Notes: a model not told the origin generated them from the letters alone. A stretch of 50,710 bases of DNA from Pseudomonadales bacterium (GCA_035433265.1 DAORUQ010000002.1:1-50710), one strand, 5' to 3'. Counted from the stretch's first letter, positions 18,269 to 27,544 are shown. Numbers and translations: made by a program.

Positions 18269-19204
18269 ATGGATCGCCTGCAAACCATGAAGACCTTCGT
18301 GCGCGTGGTGGACGAGGACGGCTTTGCCGCCGCCGCACGCGCGCTGGAGGTCGACCAGGCCCTGGTCACACGACAGGTCGCCGACCTGGAACGCCACCTC
18401 GGCGTCAAACTGCTGGAGCGCACGACCCGCTCCATGCGCCTCACCGAGGCGGGCGAAACTTTCCTGGCCCGCTGCCGCGACATCCTGTCCGATGTGGCCG
18501 AGGCCGAGGCCATGGTCAGCCGCTCGCACCAGGACATGGTGGGGCGGGTGCGGCTGGGCCTGCCGACGGTGTTCGGCATGGAGGTGACGGCGCAGCAATT
18601 GACCCGGTTGCACGAGGAGTTCCCGGACATCACCGTGGAGATGGCGATGCTCGATCGCGCGGTCGATCCGGTGGCCGAGGGCTTTGACGTGGTCACCATG
18701 AATGCAACGCTCGGCGTGTCTGCCACGGCAGTGGCACGACCGATGCTGGAGGTACCCTTGCTGCTGTGTGCCGCGCCGCGCTATCTGCAGCGCCATCCGC
18801 CGCCCACCACCCCGCAGCAGCTGGCAGCGCATCGTTGCGTGGCGCAATGGGCCTCGGGCGATGGCGACCATACGCGCGAGCGATGGACGCTGGAGCAGGC
18901 CGATGGCACCCGGGAGAGCGTGGATGTACCGGTGGCGCTGCGCACCAACACCTATGCGTTGAGCCTGGAAGCCGTGCGTTGCGGCCTGGGGGTGGGACGG
19001 CTGACGCCGCCACTGGTGTCCGATGACCTGGCCACGGGGCGGCTGGTGCCGGTGTTGCCCGGCTGGCACGCCGGGCAGCTGTCGTTCAACCTGGTGTACC
19101 CCGGACGGCGCATGATGCCCCGGCGTGTGCGCCACGTCATCGATGCCATCATGGCGCAGGTAGACGAAGCCGAAGCGGCCTCGGGCGGCCCTGGCAGGGG
19201 CTGA
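18269..19204 (+). CDS. LysR-family transcriptional regulator
   Basis: 311 aa. MDRLQTMKTFVRVVDEDGFAAAARALEVDQALVTRQVADLERHLGVKLLERTTRSMRLTEAG is a canonical LysR wHTH. Confidence 0.92.
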   Translation: MDRLQTMKTFVRVVDEDGFAAAARALEVDQALVTRQVADLERHLGVKLLERTTRSMRLTEAGETFLARCRDILSDVAEAEAMVSRSHQDMVGRVRLGLPTVFGMEVTAQQLTRLHEEFPDITVEMAMLDRAVDPVAEGFDVVTMNATLGVSATAVARPMLEVPLLLCAAPRYLQRHPPPTTPQQLAAHRCVAQWASGDGDHTRERWTLEQADGTRESVDVPVALRTNTYALSLEAVRCGLGVGRLTPPLVSDDLATGRLVPVLPGWHAGQLSFNLVYPGRRMMPRRVRHVIDAIMAQVDEAEAASGGPGRG

Positions 19205-19258
19205 CTGCACAACCGGGCGGTCAACAGGCGGGCAACGGCCGCGCTGCGTTCGACGCGA

Positions 19259-20515
19259 TCAGCGCGATGGCGCAGCCGTCTCCAAGGTTTCGGGCGCTGC
19301 GCCAAGACTCAGGAGCGCTGTTGCGCTCACCCCCATCAGGACGATGGCCAGCATGAGGAATGGCGCGTAGCTGTCGAAGCGATCGAACACGGTGCCCGCA
19401 GCGAGAGGGCCGAATGCCGTGCCGAGCGAGAGCGCCATAACCAGCGCGCCGTACAGCGCACCGAAACTCCTGAGCCCGAAATGTTTCGCGGCAAGAAAGG
19501 CGATGACGTCGACCTCCGATCCTACCGTCAGACCGAGCGCCGCGGCCGCGACCGCCTGGCTGAGGGGGTTGGCGCCGTCGAACAACAGCAGCAGGGCCGA
19601 GACGATCGGCAGCATGAAGGCGACCGCGCCGACAATGTGGCCGGGAAACCGGTCCAGCAGAAAGCCGGTGCCGAGTCGGCCGAGAATGGAAAAAATGCCG
19701 ACGAGCGCGGCGACTCCTGCCGCCGCGAGGGGTGTCGCACCGCTGTCCGTCAGGATCGGCACGAAGTGAACAACCGCGCCAATGGCGGTGAAAGAGAACA
19801 GGCCGCTGGCCAGCAGCAGCTTGTAGAGCGTCGGTGAACGCAGCCCTTGCGACAGTGTGACACCCTTCAACACCTTCACCGGGCTTGTTGTAGTCGCGTG
19901 TTTACTGGCCTCGCCGTCGTGAGCACCGCGGAAGCACAGCAACAGGAACGGGAAGACCAGCGCCGACCAGATTCCCCCCATGGCCACGAACGCCGTGCGC
20001 CAGCCGTAGGCGCCGATCAGCCACGCTGCGAGAACCGGGGCAACTGCGGCACTGAGCGCGGCGCCGGAGAGCGTGATCGCAAACGCCAGCCCCCGCGACG
20101 CTTCGAAGCGGCTGGCAACGGCGCTGGTCCAGACCGTCGCCTGCACCCAGAGCGTGCCAACGGCAACGATCGACCACAGCGCCACCCAGTTCGCCGTCGT
20201 TCCCGTCGTCGTGCCCAGCAGTGCAAACGCCCCCGACATCAACAGCACGCCGATCAGGCCGACGCGGCGCGGCCCGATCCGGTCCACGAGTATCCCGACG
20301 GGGATGCAGAAGATCGCACTGATGAACGAGGCTATGGTCAGTCCGATCGAGATCTGCGCGCGAGACCAGCCAAATGCCTGCTGCAGCGGCTCGATGAAGG
20401 GCCCGAGCGAATAGACGTGGATGACGGAAGTCGAGTAGCCGAGCGCCGCGACGAACGGCAGCAGCCAGAAGTTTCGCCATTCCGTTGCGGCGTTTTTGGA
20501 CATGCCCATTGCCAT
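19259..20515 (-). CDS. MFS transporter
   Basis: 418 aa with about 12 predicted hydrophobic segments. MFS loop motif GILVDRIGPRR between TM2 and TM3. Its ATG directly abuts the stop of the upstream crotonase gene. Confidence 0.88.
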   Translation of the reverse strand: MAMGMSKNAATEWRNFWLLPFVAALGYSTSVIHVYSLGPFIEPLQQAFGWSRAQISIGLTIASFISAIFCIPVGILVDRIGPRRVGLIGVLLMSGAFALLGTTTGTTANWVALWSIVAVGTLWVQATVWTSAVASRFEASRGLAFAITLSGAALSAAVAPVLAAWLIGAYGWRTAFVAMGGIWSALVFPFLLLCFRGAHDGEASKHATTTSPVKVLKGVTLSQGLRSPTLYKLLLASGLFSFTAIGAVVHFVPILTDSGATPLAAAGVAALVGIFSILGRLGTGFLLDRFPGHIVGAVAFMLPIVSALLLLFDGANPLSQAVAAAALGLTVGSEVDVIAFLAAKHFGLRSFGALYGALVMALSLGTAFGPLAAGTVFDRFDSYAPFLMLAIVLMGVSATALLSLGAAPETLETAAPSR

Positions 20516-21283
20516 TCAGCGGCCCTTCCACTGCGGACGGCGTTTTTCGGCAAATGCCGAGGGGCCTTCCTGCGCATCGTCGCTCATGTACGCATGCTCG
20601 TGCGCTGCCCGCGCCGCCTGCAATGCCGCCGAGCGTCCCATCTCGGTGGCGAGCATCACGGTCTCGCGCCCTGCCCTCACCGATAACGGTGCGCCGTCGA
20701 GGATCTCGCCCGCCAGTTCGAGCGCCACATCCATCAGGCGCTCCGGTTGGGCGAGACGGTTGACCAGGCCGATTTCGTAGGCGCGCTGGGCCGTGATCGG
20801 CTTTCCGGTCAGGATGATCTCCATCATGATCCGCTGCGGGATCATGTGGATCAGCGGCGCGGCCCACGGCGAGCCCCGGCCCACCTTGACTTCGGTAATG
20901 GCGAACTTCGCGTTCGTGCTCGCGACGCACAGGTCGCAGCCCTGGGCGATCATCCAGCCACCGGCGAAGGCCACGCCGTTGACGGCCGCTATCGTCGGCT
21001 TGGACAGCTCGATGTTGTCGTAGGGCAGCGGGAACATGTCGCGTGGCGGCACCTGCATGCCCGTTTCCACCATCTCCTTCAGGTCGCCGCCGGCGCAGAA
21101 GGCCTTCTCGCCCGCGCCGGTCAGGATGGCTACGCGCAACGCCGGGTCGCGCTCGAAACGGTTCCACGCCGCACGCAGGCCCTCGCGCACCTCGCGACTC
21201 AGGCAGTTGCGCGTATCGGGCCGGTTCAGCGTGATGATGGCGATGCCGTCATCGCGCGCATCGAACAGTACGGAATCGCTCAT
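20516..21283 (-). CDS. Enoyl-CoA hydratase/isomerase (crotonase) family protein
   Basis: 255 aa. ITLNRPDTRNCL, AFCAGGDLKE, AAVNGVAFAGG oxyanion-hole motifs. Start overlaps the upstream stop (TGATG). Confidence 0.92.
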   Translation of the reverse strand: MSDSVLFDARDDGIAIITLNRPDTRNCLSREVREGLRAAWNRFERDPALRVAILTGAGEKAFCAGGDLKEMVETGMQVPPRDMFPLPYDNIELSKPTIAAVNGVAFAGGWMIAQGCDLCVASTNAKFAITEVKVGRGSPWAAPLIHMIPQRIMMEIILTGKPITAQRAYEIGLVNRLAQPERLMDVALELAGEILDGAPLSVRAGRETVMLATEMGRSAALQAARAAHEHAYMSDDAQEGPSAFAEKRRPQWKGR

Positions 21284-22554
21284 CAGAACCCCCGCTGCTC
21301 AATGGTGTGGGACGCCCGCTCCAGTTCTTCGCGGAAATCCGGATGGGCGATTGCGATCAGGCGGCGCGTGCGCTCGGCGAGTGTCTGTCCCCTGAGTTCA
21401 GCGGCGCCGAATTCCGTGACGATCACGTCGACCTCGCTGCGCGCGGTGGTGACCGGTCCCGAGAGCCCGATCGTGATGCGGCTGAGCTCGTTCCCTTTCG
21501 CGGTCGCGGGCAGCGCGATGATCGAATGCCCGCCGGACGATCGGGCGCCGGCGCGCACGAAGTCCACCTGCCCGCCGGTGCCGCCCATATAAACCGAGCC
21601 GCTCTGTTCCGCATTGACCTGGCCGGTGAGGTCAACCTCGAGCGCCGAGTTGATCGTCACCAGCCGGGTGAGGCGCGCGAGCACGGACGCATCGTGCGTG
21701 TAGGCCGTGCTGCACATGCGGATCGCAGGGTTGCGCTGCGCCCAGGCGTAGAGACGCTTCGTGCCGATCAGCGCGCCGTTGATCGACACGCCGGCATCGA
21801 CTTCCTTGCGCGCATTCGTGACTACGCCGGCCTCGACCAGTTCCACCAGCCCGTCGCCTAGCATGCCGGAATGCACGCCCAGATCCTTGCGGTCATGGAG
21901 CAGGCGCAGGATGGCATCCGGGACCGCGCCGACGCCGGTCTGGATCACCGAGCCGTCGCCGATATAGGCGGCGCAGTGGCGGGCAATCGCCTGATCGGTC
22001 GCGGAGATCCTGCCGGTGGGCACTTCCACCGGCGCGCGCGAAACATGCACCGCCACGTCGATCGATGCGGCGGGGATCGTCTCGCCCGGCGTATGCGGCA
22101 CCTGCTCGTTCACCTCGGCAATGACGACGCGGGCCCTGTCCACGGCGGCGCGAACATGGTCGCTGATCAGTCCGCAGCTGTGATTGCCGCTTTCATCGGC
22201 CGGGCTGACCTGGATGAACGCAACGTCACAACCGATGATGCCGGCGGTGATCATCGGGCCGATCTGGCTGACATGGGCCGGGATCACGGCCAGCTTGCCC
22301 GCTTTGGTCATGCCGCGCAGCGCGCCGATCGCCCCCATGCTGGACAACGCGAAGCTCGCGGCTGTCTCGGGCGTGAACAGCCCGGAAAAGCTGGTAGCAA
22401 TGAAGACCGAAAGCCCACCAATGCCCCTGCCTTGCGCGATCAGCGCCTCGACCAGGGTCGTCGGCTCACCGCAGGCCTGGCCCATGACGATACGGTCGCC
22501 GGGGCGCAGGAAGCGCGCGAGGTCCAGCCCCGCGGCGTCGGTAATGACCGTCAT
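21283..22554 (-). CDS. Acetyl-CoA hydrolase/transferase family protein (4-hydroxybutyrate CoA-transferase-like)
   Basis: 423 aa. The N-terminal LRPGDRIVMGQACGEPTTLVEAL and the C-terminal INSALEVDLTGQVNAE...GGQVDFVRGA are typical of this family. Start overlaps the CitE-like stop. Confidence 0.88.
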   Translation of the reverse strand: MTVITDAAGLDLARFLRPGDRIVMGQACGEPTTLVEALIAQGRGIGGLSVFIATSFSGLFTPETAASFALSSMGAIGALRGMTKAGKLAVIPAHVSQIGPMITAGIIGCDVAFIQVSPADESGNHSCGLISDHVRAAVDRARVVIAEVNEQVPHTPGETIPAASIDVAVHVSRAPVEVPTGRISATDQAIARHCAAYIGDGSVIQTGVGAVPDAILRLLHDRKDLGVHSGMLGDGLVELVEAGVVTNARKEVDAGVSINGALIGTKRLYAWAQRNPAIRMCSTAYTHDASVLARLTRLVTINSALEVDLTGQVNAEQSGSVYMGGTGGQVDFVRAGARSSGGHSIIALPATAKGNELSRITIGLSGPVTTARSEVDVIVTEFGAAELRGQTLAERTRRLIAIAHPDFREELERASHTIEQRGF

Positions 22555-23441
22555 CAGCGTCCCGCCTGCCGGAGCAGCAGCCGGGCACGCGCGAGGTGTG
22601 GCCGATCGAGCATCGCGCCCTTGTGGCCGATGGTGCCAACACCCGGATTGGCGGCGAAGAGATCGACGATCTCCTGCGCCGCCGCCAGTTCCTCTTCGCC
22701 CGGGGTGAACGCGGCGTTGATCACCTCGACCTGCGCCGGATGGATTGCCAGCATCCCGCGATAACCGTCACGGCGGACTTTCTCGGCCCGCTGGCGCAAG
22801 CCGTCGAGGTCACGGAAATCGCCCTGGATCGTCTCGATCGCGGCAACGCCCGCCGCCGCCGCACCGAGCAGGCACAGGCTGCGCGCCAGCTCGTAGGTGA
22901 AGGAGTAGCTGCCATCGGCATTGCGGTTGGAGCTCGCGCCGATCGAATCGGCGAGATCCTCTGCACCCCAGCTGAGGGCGACGACGCGCGGCGCGCCGGC
23001 GTAGCTGCCGGTGGTGAACATGGCCTCGGCCGTTTCCGTCACCAACACGATCACCCGGGTCGAGCCCTGCTCGATCCCGTTGGCGACTTCCAGCGCCGAG
23101 AGGTAGTGGTCGAGCAACTCGACATCAGCGCGGCCGCGCGCCTTGGGCAGCATGATGCCCCCGGGATGGGCCGGCATGATCGCCGCAAGGTCCGCCAGCG
23201 TGTGCGGACCGTCCAGCGGGTTGACCCGGACCCACAGCCGTTCGCGGCCGCGCGCATGGGCCATCAGGAAATCGGCGATCAGGCTGCGTGCCCTGGGCTT
23301 TTCCGCGTCGGCCACCGCATCCTCGAGGTCGAAGATGACGATGTCTGCCGGGCCGGCCGTCGCCTTTTCCATTTTCTTTTCGCTGTCGCCCGGCGCGAAC
23401 AGCCATGAGCGCGCGCTGAAGATATCTTCCTGGATCGCCAT
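22554..23441 (-). CDS. HpcH/HpaI aldolase / citrate-lyase beta (CitE)-like acyl-CoA lyase
   Basis: 295 aa. SWLFAPGDSEKKMEKA...DIVIFDLEDAV and later GMLAIHPAQVEVIN are CitE / malyl-CoA / citramalyl-CoA lyase hallmarks. Confidence 0.88.
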   Translation of the reverse strand: MAIQEDIFSARSWLFAPGDSEKKMEKATAGPADIVIFDLEDAVADAEKPRARSLIADFLMAHARGRERLWVRVNPLDGPHTLADLAAIMPAHPGGIMLPKARGRADVELLDHYLSALEVANGIEQGSTRVIVLVTETAEAMFTTGSYAGAPRVVALSWGAEDLADSIGASSNRNADGSYSFTYELARSLCLLGAAAAGVAAIETIQGDFRDLDGLRQRAEKVRRDGYRGMLAIHPAQVEVINAAFTPGEEELAAAQEIVDLFAANPGVGTIGHKGAMLDRPHLARARLLLRQAGR

Positions 23442-23493
23442 TTACATCACCCTTTCCCCGACAGAAAAATCACGCGCCCGTATCAGGCCGGCC

Positions 23494-24660
23494 TCAGTAA
23501 GACTTGGGAAGCTCCAGAACCTTCTCGGCGAGGAAGTTCAGGATCATGTGCGGACTCACCGGCGCGGTCCTGGGAATCAGCACCTCGCGCAGGTAGCGCT
23601 CGACATGATATTCCTGCGCATAGCCCATGCCACCCAGAGTCAGCATGGCCGTATGGCAGGCCTCGAAGCCGGCCTCGGCAGCCAGGTATTTCCCGGCGTT
23701 GGCCTCGACGCCACACTCCTGTCCCTTGTCGAACAGGGTCGCGGCCTTCATCACCATCAGGTTGGCCGCCTCGACCTGGGCCCAGCACTTCGCCAACGGG
23801 TGCTGGATGCCCTGGTTCATGCCGATCGGGCGATCGAACACGATGCGCTCCCGTGCATAGCGTGCCGCACGCTGGATCGCCGCGCGCCCGAGCCCGATTG
23901 CCTCGGCACCGATCAGGATGCGCTCGGGATTGAGGCCGTGAAGGATGATCCTGAAACCATCGCCTTCGGCGCCGATCCGGTCCGCTTCGGGTATGAAAAG
24001 ATCATTGATGAAAAGCATGTTCGAACCGACCGCGTGCCGCCCCATCTTGGGGATGAGACGATGCTCGATTTTCGACCGGTCCAGATCGGTGAAGAACAGC
24101 GAGAGGCCGTCGGTCTTGCGCTTGACCTGATCGAGCGGCGTGGTGCGCGCAAGCAGCATCATCTTGTCCGCCACATGCGCGTTGGTGATCCAGATTTTCT
24201 CGCCATTGACCAGGTAGCCGCCGTCACGCCTTTCCGCGCGGGTCTTGAGCCTGGTCGTATCGAGGCCGGTATTGGGCTCGGTCACCGCGAAGCAGATCCG
24301 GTGCTCGCCACGCAGCACCGGCGGAATCATCCGCTGCTGCTGCTCCTGCGTGCCGAAGCGCGCGATCGGCTCCAGGCTGAATACCGGGCCATGGATGCTG
24401 GAGGCCGCAGCCATGCCGCCGCCCGCCTCGGCGACGGCCTGCATCATGATCGCCGCCTCGGTGATGCCGAGGCCGGCACCGCCGACCGATTCCGGCATGG
24501 CGATGCCGAGCCAGCCAGCCTCTGCCATCGACTGGTGGAACTCATGCGGAAAGACGGCATCCCGGTCACGTTCGAGCCAGTACTCGTCCGCAAACCGGGA
24601 ACAATGCCGGAGCACCGTTTCCCGAATGTTCTGCTGATCGTCTGTGAGCGATAAATCCAC
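23494..24660 (-). CDS. Acyl-CoA dehydrogenase
   Basis: Track ORF starts at TTG 24684. GTG at 24660 has AAGGA 8 nt upstream and yields (M)DLSLTDDQQNIRE..., a typical ACAD N-terminus. ACAD middle and C-terminal domains are present, including GGMGYAQEYHVERYLRE. Confidence 0.92.
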   Translation of the reverse strand: MDLSLTDDQQNIRETVLRHCSRFADEYWLERDRDAVFPHEFHQSMAEAGWLGIAMPESVGGAGLGITEAAIMMQAVAEAGGGMAAASSIHGPVFSLEPIARFGTQEQQQRMIPPVLRGEHRICFAVTEPNTGLDTTRLKTRAERRDGGYLVNGEKIWITNAHVADKMMLLARTTPLDQVKRKTDGLSLFFTDLDRSKIEHRLIPKMGRHAVGSNMLFINDLFIPEADRIGAEGDGFRIILHGLNPERILIGAEAIGLGRAAIQRAARYARERIVFDRPIGMNQGIQHPLAKCWAQVEAANLMVMKAATLFDKGQECGVEANAGKYLAAEAGFEACHTAMLTLGGMGYAQEYHVERYLREVLIPRTAPVSPHMILNFLAEKVLELPKSY

Positions 24661-24723
24661 GGTATTGATCCTTGCTGCCTGCAAATTTTCCCGGCGTGCT
24701 GCTTTCCTGCGATCTGCCGGTGC

Positions 24724-25917
24724 TCAGACAATTCCACCCGAGCTGGGCTCGCGCTGCACCGCGCTGTCCTCTGGCGCGCTCAGACCGAACTCCTCCAGCA
24801 CCTCACGGGTGTGGGCGCCGAGTCTCGGCGCGGGGCCAGCCACATGTCCCGGGGTTTGCGAGAACCATGTCGGCACGCCGGGGAAGCGCACGGGGCCGTT
24901 GGGCGTTTCCACCGTCTCGAAGAAACCGACCGCGTCCAGATGCGGATTGTCGAACAGCTCATCGGGTGTGCGCAGCGGCGCGGCCGGTATGTCCAGCGAG
25001 CGGAGCAGGTCCAGCCATTCCCGCGTCGTTCGTTCCCGGAAGGTTTCCCCCAGCAACGCGTAAACGGTGTCGATCTGCCGCGCTCGCTGCGCGAGCGTGG
25101 CGAAGCTGTCGCTGGCCCATGCCGGGCGCACGGACTCGATGAACGCAGACCATTGCTTGTCGTTGTACACCAGCGCGGAAATATGGCCGTCCCTGGTGCG
25201 GTACGGCCGGCGGTTGGGCGCCACGACGCGCGGGTAGACCGCCGGTCCGAGCGGCGGATCGAACATCGCGCCATTGGCATGTTCGACCAGCATGAACGAC
25301 GCCATGGTCTCGAACATGCTGACCTCGACCTCCTGGCCCTCGCCCGTGCGCTCGCGGTGGAACAGCGCCATCATCGTGGCATAGAGCGCCGTCATGCCGG
25401 CGACCTTGTCGGCGATGATCGTGCCGACATAGTTCGCCTCGCCGGTCAGCATCTGCTGCACGACGGGCAAACCGCATTCCGCCTGGATGGTGTCGTCGTA
25501 GGCGGTCAGGTCCGCATCGGGGCCGCGGCGGCCATATCCGTAGCAGTTGGTGTAGACGATCGACGGATTGATCGCGAGGACATCCGCATAGCTGAACCCG
25601 AGCCTTGCGATCGCCCTGGCACGCATCGAGTGGATGAACACGTCAGCGTGCCTGACGAGTTCGCGCAACGCGCTCTTGCCGGCCTCGGAGCGCAGGTCGA
25701 GCACGACACTGCGCTTGCCGCGGTTCACATTGACGAAGACGCCGCTCATCCCGGGCTCCGGCCCGACGGAGATATTCCGGGTATTGTCGCCCTCCGGTGC
25801 CTCGATCTTGATCACGTCGGCACCCATGTCGGCCATGATCTGGGTGCTGTAGGGCCCCATCACCATCGCCGTCAGATCGATCACCCGCACGCCGGACAGC
25901 GGTCCTGCATTCTTCAC
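24724..25917 (-). CDS. Family III (CaiB/BaiF-type) CoA-transferase
   Basis: Track ORF starts at TTG 25932. GTG at 25917 has GGAGAG 7 nt upstream. GPLSGVRVIDLTAMVMGPYSTQIMADMGADVIKIE is the family signature. Confidence 0.92.
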   Translation of the reverse strand: MKNAGPLSGVRVIDLTAMVMGPYSTQIMADMGADVIKIEAPEGDNTRNISVGPEPGMSGVFVNVNRGKRSVVLDLRSEAGKSALRELVRHADVFIHSMRARAIARLGFSYADVLAINPSIVYTNCYGYGRRGPDADLTAYDDTIQAECGLPVVQQMLTGEANYVGTIIADKVAGMTALYATMMALFHRERTGEGQEVEVSMFETMASFMLVEHANGAMFDPPLGPAVYPRVVAPNRRPYRTRDGHISALVYNDKQWSAFIESVRPAWASDSFATLAQRARQIDTVYALLGETFRERTTREWLDLLRSLDIPAAPLRTPDELFDNPHLDAVGFFETVETPNGPVRFPGVPTWFSQTPGHVAGPAPRLGAHTREVLEEFGLSAPEDSAVQREPSSGGIV

Positions 25918-25981
25918 GCCATTACTCTCCAACGTGTTTCAATCCGGCCAGGCAGTGCTGCGCATGGCGGCGCAGCAGGGC

Positions 25982-27349
25982 TCATTCGAGCTCGCGCGGC
26001 GCGCCGGTGCCCATGTATTTCGCCAGGTTGCGGTGCAAGTTGGCGGTGCTGCGTTCCATGTAGGGATTGGGCTTCAAACCGCTCAGGCCCAGGGATTTCA
26101 TCCCTTGCTGCACAGCGGCCATGTTCGAGAAATCCTGGGACAGGACGTAGCACCAGTCTTCGGCGGTCGCTTCGCAATACTCCCACTCCGGCTGCGGTTC
26201 CTCGCCTTTCGGGTACAGCTGATAGACAACCGCCTCGAAGATGCACTTGTCGGGGTTGTAGCCGCAGGGCCGGGCGGTGTAGCACAGGGCGTTATTGACA
26301 GAGTGCCCGATCTGGAAGTTCGGAAAGATCTGCCAGGCGGTCCCGCTCCTGCCGACATGCGCGGGATCGACGGTCGGCCAGACCACGCCGCGCGCCTCGT
26401 CATCGCGCCGCGCCGACTCGAGCCAGTGCTTGAGCACCTGGTCGGCCGGCGTTCCTTCCGGCAGCTCGTCCTTCAGCCGCAGCGCCGCATCGACGAGCGT
26501 CTGCGTCGTGTTGGTGTTCGCTTTCTGCCAGGTATAGAGCTGCATTTCGGCGGTCGAGATGCGCGGGTCGCCCTTGCCGACGCGCAGCTTGGCCGACTGG
26601 TTCTCGTCCATGCCCTTCGGCGCGTCATAGCCGATATTGCTGTGCTTTCCCTGCACCCTGGCCCAGCCGCGAAACTCCCCGAATTTCATGAACTCCGGAT
26701 GCGTCGTCTGGACATGGTAGGTCTCGTTGAATGCCTCCAGGGCGACCTTCCAGTTGCAGTCGAAGATGCCCCACTTGCGCCACCTGCCGCGCATGTTCTG
26801 GAGCTGGAACGGGTCGAGCATGGTGGCGGCGGGCTCGAGAAAGTCGCGCAAGGGCTCGCACTCGCGATCCATGTTGATCCAGATCCAGCCGCCCCAGGTG
26901 TCCACGTTGACCTTGCTCAACCCGGCACATGCGTCGGTCAGCGCGCCCTGCCAGTCTTCCTTGTAGGGCGCGTGCGTGTTCGCGCCCTCGAGGTTGAAGC
27001 GCCACCCGTGGTAGCCGCAAATGAACTGGCTTCTCCTGCCCCTGGCGTTCTTCGCTCCCTGCGGAACATCGACGAGGCGGCGGCCGCGATGCGGGCAGAC
27101 ATTGTGATAGGCCCGGATCTGGTCCGGCGCCGTGCGCACGATCAGCACCGAATCGTCGAGGATCTCATAGGACAGGTAATTGCCGACCTCGGGAATGTCC
27201 TCGAGGCGACCCGCCATTTGCCATACCTTGCGCCACAGCTTGTCGCGCTCGGCACGGGCATACTCCTCGGAAATATAGGCTTCGACCGGGTAGATCACCG
27301 GGTACGCCAGATCCTCGGAGGTCTCGTCGATCCTGGGCTTTTCACTCAT
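25982..27349 (-). CDS. Rieske non-heme-iron oxygenase alpha subunit
   Basis: Track ORF 25982..27475. I prefer the ATG at 27349 (MSEKPRIDE...; GGGGAGAA RBS). CPHRGRRLVDVPQGAKNARGRRSQFICGYHGW, CNWKVALEAFNETYHVQTTHP. Paralog of 1..1293, with similarity visible even at the nucleotide level. Confidence 0.9.
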   Translation of the reverse strand: MSEKPRIDETSEDLAYPVIYPVEAYISEEYARAERDKLWRKVWQMAGRLEDIPEVGNYLSYEILDDSVLIVRTAPDQIRAYHNVCPHRGRRLVDVPQGAKNARGRRSQFICGYHGWRFNLEGANTHAPYKEDWQGALTDACAGLSKVNVDTWGGWIWINMDRECEPLRDFLEPAATMLDPFQLQNMRGRWRKWGIFDCNWKVALEAFNETYHVQTTHPEFMKFGEFRGWARVQGKHSNIGYDAPKGMDENQSAKLRVGKGDPRISTAEMQLYTWQKANTNTTQTLVDAALRLKDELPEGTPADQVLKHWLESARRDDEARGVVWPTVDPAHVGRSGTAWQIFPNFQIGHSVNNALCYTARPCGYNPDKCIFEAVVYQLYPKGEEPQPEWEYCEATAEDWCYVLSQDFSNMAAVQQGMKSLGLSGLKPNPYMERSTANLHRNLAKYMGTGAPRELE

Positions 27350-27466
27350 CGCATTCTCCCCTGCTGTGACGGGCCAACACGCCGACACCCCGGCGCGAGA
27401 GCGCATATCGCGCGGACCAGCGGGCAATGGTCCCGGAACGCCCGCCACTCCTCCCGCGGTGCGCGA

Positions 27467-27483
27467 ACCGGACAATATGTCCG
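27467..27483. promoter_or_regulatory. Candidate GntR/HutC operator CCGGACA-ATA-TGTCCGG
   Basis: Perfect 7-bp inverted repeat, 118-134 nt upstream of the Rieske start (27349). Shares the half-site TGTCCGG with 27555..27564. Confidence 0.45.
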
Positions 27484-27544
27484 GACTGCCAAGCTCGCAT
27501 TTTTTTTCACTTGGAGCAATATATTTGCCTATTTTTCATATTGA

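Noticed and set aside
25934-27544. 536-aa plus-strand ORF (and similar 520..972)
   Set aside because: It is antisense to Rieske genes. The apparent similarity between the two shadow ORFs only reflects the paralogy of the real genes on the other strand.
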